Under the pieces are notes generated by a model. It saw only the letters and a list, made by a program, of their open reading frames with translations, did not search any database and was not told where the DNA came from. DNA of 64,000 nt from Callorhinchus milii (lineage: Eukaryota). The stretch spans positions 12,278,001 through 12,342,000 of the forward strand of contig NW_024704742.1 of assembly GCF_018977255.1 (NCBI RefSeq), read 5' to 3'. The translations under genes were made by a program, and so were the position numbers. Shown here piece by piece: positions 24,201 to 39,200 of the stretch. Position 1 is the first letter of the stretch. The number at the start of each line of letters is the position of its first letter.

Positions 24201-27200
24201 GATGCATCCTAGGTTACTGAGGGAAGCAAGGGTGGAAATAGGGCCACAATCTTTCAATCCTCTTTGGACACGAGTGGTGCCAGAGGACTGGAAGATTGCA
24301 AATGTAACTCCCCTGTACAAAAAGGGGCAGAAGGATAAACCTGAGAGCTACAGGCCAATCAGCCTCACATCAGTAGTAGGGAGACTTCTGGAGATTATAA
24401 TCCGCGACCATATAAATTCTCACTTAGAAACATATGGCTTAATAAAGGACAGTCAACACAGATTTGTTAAAGGCAGATCGTGTCTGACAAACCCAATATC
24501 ATTTTTTGATGAAATGACTGAGAAGTAGTGCAGTAGACAACAACAACAACAAGATTCCATTTATTGAGCGCCTTTCACATCGGGAGGACGTCCCAAGGCA
24601 GTTGGGTCAGGACCCGAGCAAGGGGGAAATGGTCAGGGTGAGGGGAGGGAAGGGAAGGAGCGAGGAGGGGGTAGAGAGTCGATAAGGGAGTTGAAGGCAC
24701 CGTCAAAGAGAAAGGTCTTGAGACCGGCCTTGAAGGGAGGAGGCAAGGCGAAGGCACTGGGGGATAGAGTTCCAGAGCCTCGGGGCTGAGAGGCTGAAGG
24801 CCCGGCCACCGATGGTAGGGCGGTTGGGGCGGGGGATGTGGAGCAGAGGAACGGAGGGTACGGGCAGGTAGGTAGGGGGATAGTAGGTCGGAGAGGTAGG
24901 AGGGAGCAAGGCCGCAAATGGCCTTGTAGGTGAGGATGAGGATCTTGAATTCGAGACATAGTTTATCTAGATTTTCAAAAGGCATTTGATATAGTGCCAC
25001 ATAAGAAACTTATAAACAAAATAGAAGCCCATGGTATTAAAGGGACTGTGGCAACATACATCCAGAACTGGCTAGGAGACAGAAAGCAGAGAGTGGTAGT
25101 AAACAGTTGCTTTCCTGACTGGAGGGAGGTATGTAGTGGTGTCCCTCAGGGGTCGGTATTGGGATCACTGCTCTTTCTGATCTATATTAATGATCTGGAC
25201 TTGGATATAGGGAGCACAATTTCTAAATTTGCGGATGATACTAAGCTAGGAAAAGTAGTTAATGGTGAGGAGGATAACACCAGACTCCAAGAGGACTTAG
25301 ACAGATTGGTAAAATGGGCAGAAACGTGGCAGATGAGGTTTAATGTGGAGAAATGCAAAGTGTTGCATTTTGGTAGGAAGAATGAGGAGAGGCAGTATAA
25401 GCTGATGGTACAATCTTAAAGGGGGTGAAGGAACAGAGAGACCTGGGGGCCACATAAGCAAATCTCTGAAGGTGGCAGGACAGGTAGATAAAGCTGTTAA
25501 AAAAGCATACGGGATACTAGGTTTTATAAATAGGGGCATAGAATACAAGGCAGGAGGTTATGTTGAATATTTATAAAATGCTGGTTAGGCCTCAGTTGGA
25601 GTACTGCGTTCAGTTCTGGGCACCGCACATTATATAATAATAATAATCCTTGCATTTGATATAGCGCTTTTCACGTCGGGAGGACGTCCCAAAGCGCTTC
25701 ACAGAACACACTGTAAAGTGAATTGACTGTATATTTGTGGGCGAACGCGGCAGCCAATTGCGCACAGCAATGTCCCACAAACAGTCGTAGATTGAAAATG
25801 ACCAATTTATTATTGTTTTTGGTTTTGGAGGGATTATTATTAGGCGTGTGGAGTAAGGAAACTTGCCCAAGGTTTCGCCCTCTGCCTGGAATTGAACTCA
25901 GGTCTCTCGCTTGCAAAGCGAGTGCTCTAACCACTGAGCTGCAGGACTCCATTAGGAAAGATGTTAGGGCATTGGAGAGGGTGCAAAGGAGGTTTACCAG
26001 GATGGTACCAGGGATGAAGGAACTTAGTTATGAGGAGAGGTTGGTGAAACCAGGATTGTTCTCCCTACAGCAGAGAAGATTAAGAGGGGATTTAATAGAG
26101 GTTTTCAGGATCATGAGAGGATTTGATAGGTTGAACCAGGAAAAACTGTTTCCACTGACATGTGGGTCAGTAACCCGAGGACACCGATTTAAGATAGTTG
26201 TTAAAAGAAACAGAGGGGAGGTGGGTAAAAAAAATTTTACCCAGCAAGTTGTTGGGATCTGAAATGCATTACCTGAAAGGGTAGTGGAAGCCGATTCAAT
26301 AACAACTTTTAAGAGAGAAGTCGATGGGTATTTGGGGAGGACAGGATTGCAGGGCTATAGAGAGAAAGCGGGCCAGTGGGATTGAGTTGGATTGCTCTTT
26401 TAGATGCTGGCGCAGACGCGATGGGCCGAATGGCTCTTTTTGTGCTGTATGATTCTATGATTCTAGGATTTCTCCAAACTTGTTCCACTCTATCCTCTTA
26501 AGCCCTTCCCTTCCTCATTCAAACCTACAGACAAGTATCAAATACTTGCTTCTGATGGTCTTATTTCCAGGGATTCTGAGGACATGTGCACTATGAGATT
26601 AGATTCATTATATAAAATAATGGTGCCAACTTGATGAGGAAATATTGAAGCCATCTCTCAATCTATTGTGAGCAATCTACTCCCTGAGTGGGCAGTTGCT
26701 GGTATAAAGCCTCTGGTTTCAATTTTTAATCAAGGGAAGCAATATTAGCCTCCAGAATGACTCAGTAAATCACACAGCATTCAATTGTAACTTCTATCAA
26801 TCATAAATCTAGTTCATTTCTTTTTGGAAGGGGGACTTTTGGATTGATTTGAAGAAATTAATGAACATTGCTAATTGATATATTTATATTTTACTAAACC
26901 CTAAAGCTGGTCAATAATGTACAACAACTCTGTACCTTTTCTTGATATACGGATGTATAAAATGTAAGACGTTGGTTGATGAAATCTGCAGAGTGATGGC
27001 CAGTATTGAATATATTAACAATAATAACCCTTGTAATTGATATAGCACCTTAACACGTCTTCAAGACGCTTCAAAGCGCTTTGCTGCATATAATGTAAAG
27101 TGTAGTGACTGTGTATTTTGTGGGCAAAACTTGGCAGCCAATTGCGCATAGCTATATTCACCAAGATAGGCTTCAATCCTTTATTACTTTGCCCTCAGCA

Positions 27201-30200
27201 CTACGCAAACATAGACAACAATGATATTGCTGCTTTACAAGTTAAGAGATGATAAGTACGACGTGTGCAAAGAAATATAGGTAGTTTTAATAGGAAACTG
27301 AATGGGACTCAGGTGCATGACTTAGACGATTGTGTGATAATAATAATAATCCTTGCATTTGATATAGCGCTTTTCACGTCGAGAGGACGTCCCAAAGCGC
27401 TTGAAAGTGATCCATAAAGATAAGACTTGTACAAGTTTTATTGCATAACATTTATTGTTGATTCACTTTTTAGAATATTACTTTCTCATCTTGGAAACCT
27501 TGAATATTGTTGAACCTTGAAATCCCAGTCCAGACCCCAGCAGAATGCAAGATGATTCCTATTTATCTAACCAATAATTCAGCATCAGTTAAGCGTGGGA
27601 CGCCATAGGTGGGAAGCCATAAAACAAAACGTGGCACTAATTTGTGAATCTACCTTCACTTAAACATAATGTAGAAAATGGAAAAGTAGGATATGAGTGT
27701 TAAAGAGAAAAATTTAACACATTATCTGATCAGTTATAAATCTAAAACTAGGAAACGCTGGAGCTTGTCACTAACTGTAAACACGACAGTGCATAATATT
27801 GTCCGCTATTGTTACTTCTCAGTTATCCCAAAGCTGACAAAATATAATGCACTGTTTTCAAAGTGAGCAAACTGACATGGGCAGAAATGCCTTGTAATTT
27901 AAATGACCCTCCAACAACAATAACTTGCACTTGTATAGCACCCTCCATGCAGGGTAGCATCTCAGAGTGTTTGAAGTAGATAGAGGACCAGCACTGATCT
28001 GATCTAAAGAGATATTTGTGTCTTGAGTAGCCACATTCTCAGCAAAGATTATAGCACATGTATCAAAAGAGCACTTTTTCTATTATTCATTTTATTACCT
28101 TTGTTAAGCATCTATAAACTGTTTTATGCCTACAGTGCAGTTTGTGGTCAGTATTAATAGAAGACGTTCCCAATACCAGTAATAATTAATTACTTGGAGA
28201 AAATAATGTGTGTGTGCTTACCAGTGCCTTTCCAATTAATTATCCACTGAGTGTTAGTGATAGTGAACACATTGCTGATTCACAGGGAAGGGATTATCTC
28301 ATTACATGACTTTCCCCTCCAAAACCAAAACAATAATAAATTGGTCATTTTCAATCTACGACTGTTTGTGGGACATTGCTGTGCGCAATTGGCTGCCGCG
28401 TTCGCCCACAAATATACAGTCAATTCACTTTACAGTGTGTTCTGTGAAGCGCTTTGGGACGTCCTCCCGACGTGAAAAGCGCTATATCAAATGCAAGGAT
28501 TATTATTATTATTATTTCCCTTATTCTTTTTTTCGGCTGCTGTATCCAGAGATCAATAATGATAGAAGATGATCTTATCCCTGCTACCACCTGCTGCCTC
28601 TACAATACTGTGCAGATCAGGTATCCAGCTAAACATGTCTAGATAATTAAAACATACCGGATGGGGCAAATACTGTGGTAAACCTCTAGGATTTTAGGAA
28701 AATACTGAAGAGAGCAGCAGCCTTTTTAAAGAAAAACAAGAAAAACGGTTTCAAAGCTAAGGCGCAATTTAACAATTTACCAAATTCTATGTGGACTGTA
28801 ATGTTGCATAAATAGAATAAAGGTGATTAAATGTGTGTCAGGTTAGAATAAATATGTATCAGACTAGCTCAGTTGGTAGCAAGGTCATCTCTGGGTCAGA
28901 AGGTTGTGGTTACAAATACTACAGATCTGTTTTATTCACCAACTATATTCACATTGTCTAAGGTAGTTCAAATGTTGAGTTGACCCTCATTATACTAAGT
29001 CAATCATGAAATAGAAGTCCCTTTGGTGACGTTTATGTTCTGAATACGTAGCATTCAGCAACTCACTGTTCAAAACCAGCTCCTCCCATTCATTTAAAAA
29101 AAATCTTGTTCATATTTCTTCAGGGCTCAATCAATCTGGGATCAATATCTATGTACACAGTGTGATCATTAAGGTGACGGGGTGCTGTATGATTATTTTT
29201 TTAAGTATTTGAAATGTGGTCTCCTCCTCACAGCGCTCATCTGTATTGAAGTTGAATTATAGATGCCTACCATTTTTGCCATTCACTTTGAATTTTTTTA
29301 TTTACAGTATGGGAATATCCTCCGCTATAGTGATCCACTGATCCTGTTCATCTTTCTATTCATATATTGTGTGGCAACCATCATGGAATGCTTTCTCATC
29401 AGTACGTTCTTCTCAAGAGCCAACTTAGCTGCAGCCTGTGGAGCGATCCTCTATTTTTTGCTGTACCTACCATATGTCCTTTGCTTTGCCTGGCAGGACT
29501 ATCTCACATTTCCAATAAAGATTTCCATTGTAAGTATATTTTACAATGATATCCATATTATTTTAATGTATAAATCTGTTACCTAATAACTTTTTGGAGA
29601 TGCGTAAAGATTAATAAATGAGTTGTAATGCGCGTTTTCGAAATCTGTTTTTAGTGATAGTTAATCCTTAAATGATCCATTGTTTAATTTGTGTCCTGTC
29701 CACCCACTGAAAATAACTGAAGAGGTAATTGATGTTCTTTTAAGATGAAGTGTATAAGTTTGAATACAGATGATAATGGGAATGTAATTTGTTATATTTA
29801 AAGTCACTCTTCACAGAGAGATAGTAAGATTTCACTTTGAGATGGAGTTATCATTGTTGGCTACTGACCCACATCATACATGAGCATTCAGAGTGCTTTA
29901 TTCACACAAAATTGAGCTAACTTTTCTCAAGGATTGCCATCTTTCACCTTATGAGATGACTGTAAACTTACATCCCACTAAAGGAAAGAGGGTTTTGATT
30001 TTGATTTTTACTTTGAATCGTTTGATTCAAGACTTCAGAGCAAAATATATATCAATGCATGGGGCACTTAAATATCAATTTTACTTCCTAGCCAGACCTC
30101 TCTAAGAGCTGAAATAATTCATGAAAGTACCGTATTTAGTTTACAATACTGGTATTGTTATAGTTAATACAATACTGGACAATGAGATCTGATGTGTGGA

Positions 30201-33200
30201 ATTTTCCAATGGGATTGATTCATACGATTGCTTCACAGTGACCCAAGCAAACTATGTTCCCTGAAATCCTACCTAGTGTTTTGGCTTAAAGATTTAAGAT
30301 GAGGCAGGATTTTCGATAAAGCCCATCCCTAATTTGGAAGCTGTTTTCATTTTGTATCTCAATCCACTAATGTTAGTATGACACTGCTGTGCGCAATTGG
30401 CTGTCACGATTAGTCCACAAAATATATAGTTAATTAACTTTACAGTATATTCTGTGAAGCGCCTTGAAGAATTGATAGGGCCTATATCAAATGCAAGAAT
30501 TATTATTATTACATTTCTTATTTTACACATAAATGCAACAATTTTCCACCTAGAAAAAGATGAATGGGACTAACCTGACCTGTACAATGACCTTAATTTG
30601 GTCTACATATTCTAAATGTGTTGCACTGCCCATCTATTGCAGACTAGTTTCACTCCTTCACTCTGATGTTCCATACAGCAATCAATTTATCTGTGCTTAT
30701 CCTTACAAGCCTCAACTTTATTTCTAACCAATTACTTGTTTCTTACACATATTCTTTTAAAATCTATTCATCAACCGAACATTAAATGCTATAATAATAA
30801 TCCTTACAATTGTTATTGCACCATTCACATCGAGAGGACATGCCTACGCGTTTCACAAGATATACAGTACTGTGAAGCGTAGTGACTGTGTTTTGTGATG
30901 AGAAGCTGGGTAAATTGAATTAAATAGGTTTGAACTGAAGAACTTTAGAAAGAATCTGAAGGAAGTCTTTGAAATATTAAAGGAAACGTGAGGGAAATAG
31001 GAAATGATCAGTACAGAATAAGAGTCACAATGGTAAAATTAGGAATAAAACTGAAAGCATACCATAGAACCAAAAAACTGGTGCAAAATAAGTTCTGTAA
31101 CATTATATGAACCGAATAGCTAAATATAGTAAAAGCTTATGTATAAGGTCAAGGAGAATCAATCAACAATAGGCTGTAGGAAATATTACATGATATCTTA
31201 AACTGTAATTGTAAAACAAGTCTTATTTTTGTTTTTCATCAGAGTCTATTGTCAACTGTGGCTTTCAGTTTCGGCTGTGAAAATTTTTCTTTCTACGAAG
31301 TGCAAGGAATTGGGATCCAGTGGAGCAATATTAATATTAGTGCTCAAGAAGGCAACCGATTCAGTTTCCTGGTTTCCATGTTAATGATGTTGCTTGATGC
31401 TTTCATTTACTGGTTGCTCGTTTTGTACATTGAGGCTGTTTTTCCAGGTGTGATTTACAGTTTAATACAGATGTGTGGAGTAAGGAAACTTGCTCAACAT
31501 TTTGCACTGCCGGGAATCGAACCCAGGTGCTCTCGCTTGCGAGGCGAGTGTTCTAACGACTAAGCTGAGTATTATCAGGACTCTGATACCTAGCTAACGA
31601 ACTGTTGACAAGATAATTTTGCATACAGTAGTGTTTGCTAGTAAACAGTTACAATGTGGATGAATGTTTTGACTTGGCAGGTCAATATGGTATTCCAAAA
31701 CCTTGGTACTTCCTTGTTACAAAATCGTACTGGTGTGGATCATCGTCTCAAAACAAAGAGGAACTTACTTTCCAGGGGAAGCAAGATGAAGGTAGATTTT
31801 CAGCTATTTAACCCATATTCAAAGTGGTTCAAAGTAACTAGGAATTCAATATATTTGTGGAAGTTGCTGGGAACACGCAGCAAGTCAGGAAGCATCTATG
31901 GAGAGAGGAAAATTAGTTAACATTTCAGGTCGATAACCTTACGTCAGATGTTCTCACAAAAGGTTATTGACCTGAAACATTAACTCATTTTCCTCTCTCC
32001 ATAGATGCTGCCTGACCTGCTGAGTGTTCCCAGCAAGTTCTGTTTCTATTTCAGATTTCCAACATCTGCAATATTTTGCCTTTGCAATATATTTGTGATC
32101 CAATACAGAAAATTGTAAATTATTTTGTTCAGTGTTGATATTTGAGACTTGATCCTAATCGTAAATTTATATTATTGCAGATAATGTTTTCATTGAGCCA
32201 CAACCACACAACCTGAAATTAGGCATATCTATTCAGAACCTTGTGAAAATATACAAAACTGGCAAAAAGATTGCAGTGGATGGTCTTAGTGTAAACTTCT
32301 ATGAAGGACAGATTACATCTTTCCTTGGACATAATGGAGCTGGAAAAACGACCACAATGTAAGCTTTGCAATCTCTTTCAGTCTTTTATTGTAAATTCCA
32401 GAACACTCTTTGTAAAGAATCTTCGTTGCCATCAAAGAATGGATCTGTGTGAGTAGACAGTTGACTGAGTGTTATTGACTTAAAATTTAATGTAACAGAG
32501 AAAGGAACAAGTTGAAGTTCAATTATAGTACACATTTTGATTTGAAATTGTTGCAGTCTTGACATTGACTGCAAGATCCTCTGATACATATTGAGTATTG
32601 ATATTCTACCAGTTTTTAAATTGTCAAACTGACCTAAAGTGACATCTTAATATTCAACAACAGACTGCATTTATATAGTGCCTTTCACATCGGAAGGACG
32701 TTCAAAAGGGCTGGAATGAGGAGTTTGCATCTGAGCTGTGAATTGGGATCAGAGAGGGGTGGAGGGCAAATGGGGTGGTGGAGGAAAGATGAACAAAGGG
32801 ACAGCCAAAAATGAAATCTTGAGATAGGCCTTGAAGGAGGCAAGGGAAGAGGCGAGGAAGAGGGACTCCAGGATGGAGTTCCAGAGGGTGGGGGCAGAAA
32901 GGCTGAAGGCCCTACTGCCGATAGTGGAGCAGGCAGAGTGGGGGAATAGATCTACTGGGACATTGAGCAGGCTAGTGCCTGCAGAGCAGAGGGAGCAGAT
33001 AGGTTGATGAAGTTTTAATAGGTCGCAGAGGGAGGGAGGAGCAGGACCCTGGATGGTTTTATATGTGAGGACAAGGATCTTGAACTTTATGTCCTCTCAA
33101 CATGAAAGGTACTACTATATAAATGTAAAGCGATTCCACTTTTTTAGATTTTTAAATCTTCTGATCCTGACACTTGACCATAGACTGGAATCAATATTTT

Positions 33201-36200
33201 TAAAATTTAAATAGTGTATTGAATAGACACAACTAATGTGAAAGCTGCAATTAAATGTTTGATGGCAGTTTTTCACCACTTTTGCTCTCTCCTCCATAAT
33301 TCAGATTAAAATAAACTACACAATACCTAAAATAACTAGAAGTTCTTCCTAATTGCTCAGAGTTTAAATATTTCTCATTGTAATATGTTTGCCTTTGGAG
33401 TACTTCATAACGGTAGAAATGCATAGCTGCTGTTAGCATCAACATTCAAAATAGCATTTGAATCTCTCTCTGGTAGTATATACCCTGCTCACTTATTAGG
33501 TGCAGGTTGTTGGCAAGAGCTGAAGTTCAATACTGCATAGTTTGCCATTGCGAACACTGACAAGTTTCTCCACTGCTTGCCAAACAACAATCACATGACC
33601 CATTGGGGATTGCAGGATCCAAGTGGGTAGAATCCCTGCTCTTGTATCTTATTTGCCCCTCCAAAGTCTAATAATTCCTTTTTAAAAAAATTGGTCACTC
33701 AATCCTTGATTGTTTGTGGGACACTGCTGTGTGCAATTGGCTGCCGCGTTTCGCCCACAAAATATACAATAAATTCACTTTAAAGTATATTCTGTGAAGC
33801 GCTTTGAGACGTTCCAAAGACATGATATGGCGCTATATCACATCCAAGGATTATTTATTATAAATCCAGCTATGAGCCAGGTTGATGCTTTGGAGTACCA
33901 AGATCCAGAGAAGATCAAGATCACCACAGTGGATAGACTTGGTTCTGACATTCCATTGTCAACCAAATCACATGGAGCCAGCTCATCCCCAACAAGACCC
34001 GTTTCACCTCCCCATAAGAAGAGAGCCACAAGTTGGTCATTAGACATCTGACAAAAAATCCTTACAGTTGCTTGGTGAACCGAAAAACTCAGCACAAGAT
34101 GTGTGAGAGCATTGTCTGTGAAGCGCTCGAATACATAATAAGGCGCTATATCGAATGCAAGGATTATTATTATATTGGAACAAATGCTTTTCTGGATTTT
34201 GGGCCCCATTGATATTGAAGCTCTGTGGCCAATTTTGTTTGTAAATCATGAGATGTTATTACTCTCAACTGTGATATCCATGTTTGGAGCTAGTGAAAGA
34301 CACATAAATAAGCAGAATATTTCCTTCTGGTTGTGTGTTAAAACACAGAACCACACTAATAAAAGACAATACCAGACATTGGTTTTGGGATGGTGTTTTA
34401 TTTTCAAAACAATACAAATTTCACTCATTCTTTTTTGTACTTGTTCAAAATAAATGGAATTCAGACTCCCTTCTTGAACTTGATCCTCTTACAATTATCT
34501 CCAAATTCAATCAGCTATGTAATCAAGATTTTGTGTTGTGTTTATTCAACTCATATGCACAATTGCCTTTTATAAAAAAATTACTGCAAATAAAACAATT
34601 AATTTGGGGAGATTTTATAAACGATAACTTACTATTTTATTTTAATTTCTTTCTAGATAAATAACTGTTTTTGACATTTGTCTTTGCAGGTCTATATTAA
34701 CAGGACTGTTCCCTCCATCATCTGGAACTGCTTTCATTTATGGCAGTGACATTAGAACGGCAATAGATTCCATACGAAAGGATATAGGATTCTGCCCTCA
34801 GTACAATGTGCTCTTTGACCAGTAAGTTGTTCAGTGTGTTTACATCCATTCATTTTCAAACATTTGGGTCATCTTCGATAAGTCACTTCATGGCCCTTTG
34901 TGGGACACAACTGCATTTGCCTACAAAATGCAGTCATTTACACTTTACCTCTTCCCTCCACAAGCTACAGACCATACAGAACTCTGCAGCCAATGTCCTA
35001 TCCCTCACTAAGCTCTGTGAGCCTATCACCCTATCCTAACCTGGTTTCCCATTCTCCAGAGGATGGAGTTCAAGGATCTTGTCCTCACTTTTAAATAATT
35101 TCAAGGTCTTGCCTGACCTTATCTCTGCAAACTTTCTAAATCCTAATTCTAAAACAACACACCCACTCCGTCCAATTGTCCAACATTGGCATGCTTCATG
35201 TACCCCACCCTGCCCACGTCACCATCAACAGTTGGGTTTTCAGTTGGGTTCTCTGGAACTCCATTCTAAAGACTCTTTGCCTCCTCCCTCCCTCATCGCC
35301 TTCAAGATCCAACTTTTCTCTTTGACATTGCTTTCAGTCATCTCCCAACCCCATCCCACTCTCCTTGGCCCCAGCCTTCCCGACTCCAACCCCCAACTCG
35401 GGTTCAAACCCTCGACTGTCTAGCACGTTGGGACATCCTCCCAACATGAAGGTGCTATATAATTACAACTTGTTGTTGCTAGACAGTAAATAAATCCTGT
35501 GACCTGACATAAAAGGTATGATATTAAATGCAAGGATTATTTTCTTTTTTTAACTGTTCTGCTGATAGCTCCTTGTATGGTACTATTAGAGTTGTCACTC
35601 TACAGTGCTGAAGTTCAGGTAACTGCTGTTGAGCTAAGTATTAATGATATCCCCATTAGACTGCTTCTTAGGATTGTTTTAATGGCATTTAATTTTTCTT
35701 CTTCCTTATCTAAAATGTTGGGACAGTAAGGGACAGAGAGTCAAACTATGGGGAGGTGTCGAACCCAGGAAGTAGTTGCTATAGCTAAGATTAAACGAAC
35801 ACTCACAAACAGAGTTAGCTCAGAAATATAGTTAATTTAACACTTACAGCAAGGAGAGGACAAGCGAGAGGCAATACAATAGCACGTCTCTCAGAAGAGT
35901 CAGTATTCTCCCTCTACCAATGGGGCTGTCCCATCAGTTTATATACATGATTATTTGCGATCACCTCATGTCTCAAAACAATTCTTGCTGTTGATTGACA
36001 AGCAATATTCAGTCATCACAAGTTTAATTATACATTTGCAGTCAGGACAGGACAAGAACACTGGTTCTGCTCTAATTTATCTACATTGTTGCTTAAAAAA
36101 CAACTTTAATCTTATCATAGTTTGTACTTTAAGTATTTTAGTCTTTTTACATTCCCACAGAAGTACATTGAATACATAGTTTAAGCTTTAATTTTAATTA

Positions 36201-39200
36201 TTTTAATCACACACAAGTTACTGTCAATCCACTTTGCAATATATTCTGTGAGACACCTCAACAACATGATAATAATAATAATAATTATAATAATCCTTGC
36301 ATTTGATATAGCGCTTTTCACGTCGAGAGGATGTCCCAAAGCGTTTCACAGAACACACTGTAAAGTGAATTGACTGTATATTTGTGGGCAAACGCGGCAG
36401 CCAATTGCGCACAGCAATGTCCCACAAACAGTCGTAGATTGAAAATGACCAATTTATTATTGTTTTGTATTGGAGGGATTATTATTAGGCTCTGTGTGGA
36501 GTAAGGAAACTTGCCCAAGGTTTCGCCCTGCCTGGAATTGAACTCAGGTCTCTTGCTTGCAAAGCGAGTGCTCTAACCACTGAGCTACAGGACTCCACGT
36601 GATAAGGCACAATATCAAATGCAAGGATTATTATTATTGTTATTATAAAAATCAAGCACAAATGGTCATGTTTATATTTGATATAGCATCTTATTGTGCA
36701 GAGTGTATCAGAGCATTTCACACAAAGTCATCCCACCTTTAGTTGTTATGTGAGGAAACACAGTCTGTTTAAACGCCAACCCCCATTGAAACTGTAAACT
36801 GTTTGATCTCATATTCTGTTTTTTTGGAGGTCAGTTCCTTAGATTGCTCAGTTAAATAAGAATCTCTAAAATTAATATTACTCACATTGGTTCCTGTCCA
36901 CTGAAAATAATAAGTGGTCCAGTTTAAACATTAAACATTAAAGCTGGTCTTTTATAGCCAAATTCATCACCAAAATGCTGACTTATCAATCTGAGGAAAT
37001 GAAATTAGATTTGAAGACTTTTATGGTTAACTTTACCAGATGAATAACAGACTGCTTGATTTTCATCAGATACTCTGTAGCTTGATGCAAAATCACTTCT
37101 AGAATAGAATCGTACAATAATACAGCACAGAAGGCCCATCATGCCTGCACCGGCTCTTTGGAAGAGGTGCCCAATAAATCCCACTCCCCCGTGCTTTTGC
37201 CATATTCTTGCAAATTGTTTCTCTCCCATCCCCTTTTAAAAGTTGCTATTGAATCTGTTTACACCACCCTTTTATGCAGTGCATTTCAGACCGTAACACT
37301 TCTCTGTGTAAAAAAAAGATTCTCCTTGTCTAGTTCTTTTGCTAATTATTTTGAATCTGTGTCCCCTGGTTACCGACTCTCCTGCCTATTGAAACAGTTT
37401 CTTCCTATCTACTCTATCAAAATCCCTCATAATTTTGAATAGCTGTATTAAATCTCCCCGTAATTTTCTCTACTCAAAGTAGAATAATTACAACTTATCT
37501 AGCCTCTTCACATAACGAAAGTCCCTCGTCCCTTGTACCATTCTGGTAAATTTCCTCTGCAATCTCCCCAAGGCCTTGATGTCCTTCCTAAACTGTGTTG
37601 CCCAGAATTGGGCACAATACTCAAATTGAGGACTCGCCCAAATTGGTCATAATCCCTTTTTAATTTTTTTTAAAAAAAAGAATAATAATTTGGTCACTCA
37701 ATCCACAACTGTTTGTGGAACACTGCTGTGTGCAATTGGCTGCCACATTTCGACCACAAAATATACAGTCACTACACTTTATGGTACAAAACAAATCGCA
37801 AAATACTGCAGATGCTGGAAATCTGAAAACAAAAACAGAAGTCACTGGGAACACTTAGCAGGTCAGGCAGCATCTATGGAGAAAGGAAAGTGAGTCAATG
37901 TTTCAGGTCCACGACCCTTTGTCAGAACGGAGAACGTTGACTCACTTTCCTTTCTCCATAGATGCTGCCTGACCTGCTGAGTGTTCCCACACTTTACAGT
38001 ATATTCTCTGAAGCGCTTTGAGATGTCTCGAAGATGTGATAAGGCACTATATCAAATGCAAGGAAGATTATTATTTTTATTAACCTGGTAATTAGTCGAT
38101 TGGCAAATCACTTTTCCGGGGTAATAATTCCTTAAAATCCATGGGACACTGCTGTGCCCAATTGGCTACTGTGTTTCGCCCCCCAAAAATCATGTTGCCT
38201 TGAGTTTCATCTTAAATACATTGATATTTTTTGCTTCAAGCATAGCTTGTGGCAGTGAATTTCACATTCCTCCTAATATGTTCCTCCTAATTACTAGTGA
38301 CTATCTTATTATACCATATCTTGTTGTTATGCCTCCTTTTTATAGGTTCGCCAACAAGTGGAAACAGCCTTTTTATGTCCACTTTATTGAACTTTCATCA
38401 ATTGTAAACTTCTGTCAGGTCCCTTCTTAAATGCCTTGTTTCCAGAGAAAAGACCTGTAAGCTTTTAGTAACATGTTCTTAAAGAGTTTTCGATCACTGA
38501 TTAATTATAAAAATTGGCAATGTGGTTGGTAGCTTGCCTGATAGAGAATAGTAGAACAAAAAATGACAGCAGGATAATCTATGACTTTGGCCATTTTAAT
38601 AAAATAGATAACACTTTTTATTCCATAAACAGGCTAACTGTTGAAGAGCACATTTACTTTTATGCATGCTTGAAGGAATGCAGCTCAAAGGAGGTAGAAG
38701 AGGAAATAGATCGAATGATCAATGATGTTGGGTTGCCAAATAAGCGTAAAGACTTGGTGAAAAATCTCTCAGGTAAGAAAATAGATTTTGTAACACAGTA
38801 TGTCACAATATCCCGCAACAGGCTCCATGACGCTATCACCCTCATCCTCGCCCAAATCTACTGGCTTCCCATCACTCAGGGTTCAAGATCCTGGTTCTTA
38901 CCTTCAAAGCCCTCCATGGCCTCTCTCCCCCCTACTTCTGCAACCATTCTGCCCACCCCCTCCGCTCAGGGGGCTCCGGCCTTCACGTTCCCCTGCCTGC
39001 CCCATCAATAGTGGGCGGGCCTTCTGCCACTCCGCCTGCACTCTCTTGAACCCCATCCTGCAGTCCCGCTGCCTCGCCCCCTCCCTTGACTCCTTCAAGA
39101 CCCATCTCAGACTCTCCTCTTCAACCATGCATTCGATCACCCTGCTTCCCCACCCTGCACTCCACCCTCCCTAATCCGAACCCAGCTCGGGTCCAAAATA

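Larger units (their letters stand above)
23258..26467 (+). mobile_element. 5'-truncated decayed CR1 LINE (EN C-terminus and RT) hosting nested L2 and SINE
   Basis: [40 protein letters not shown]; (attctatg)n tail. Confidence 0.92.
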
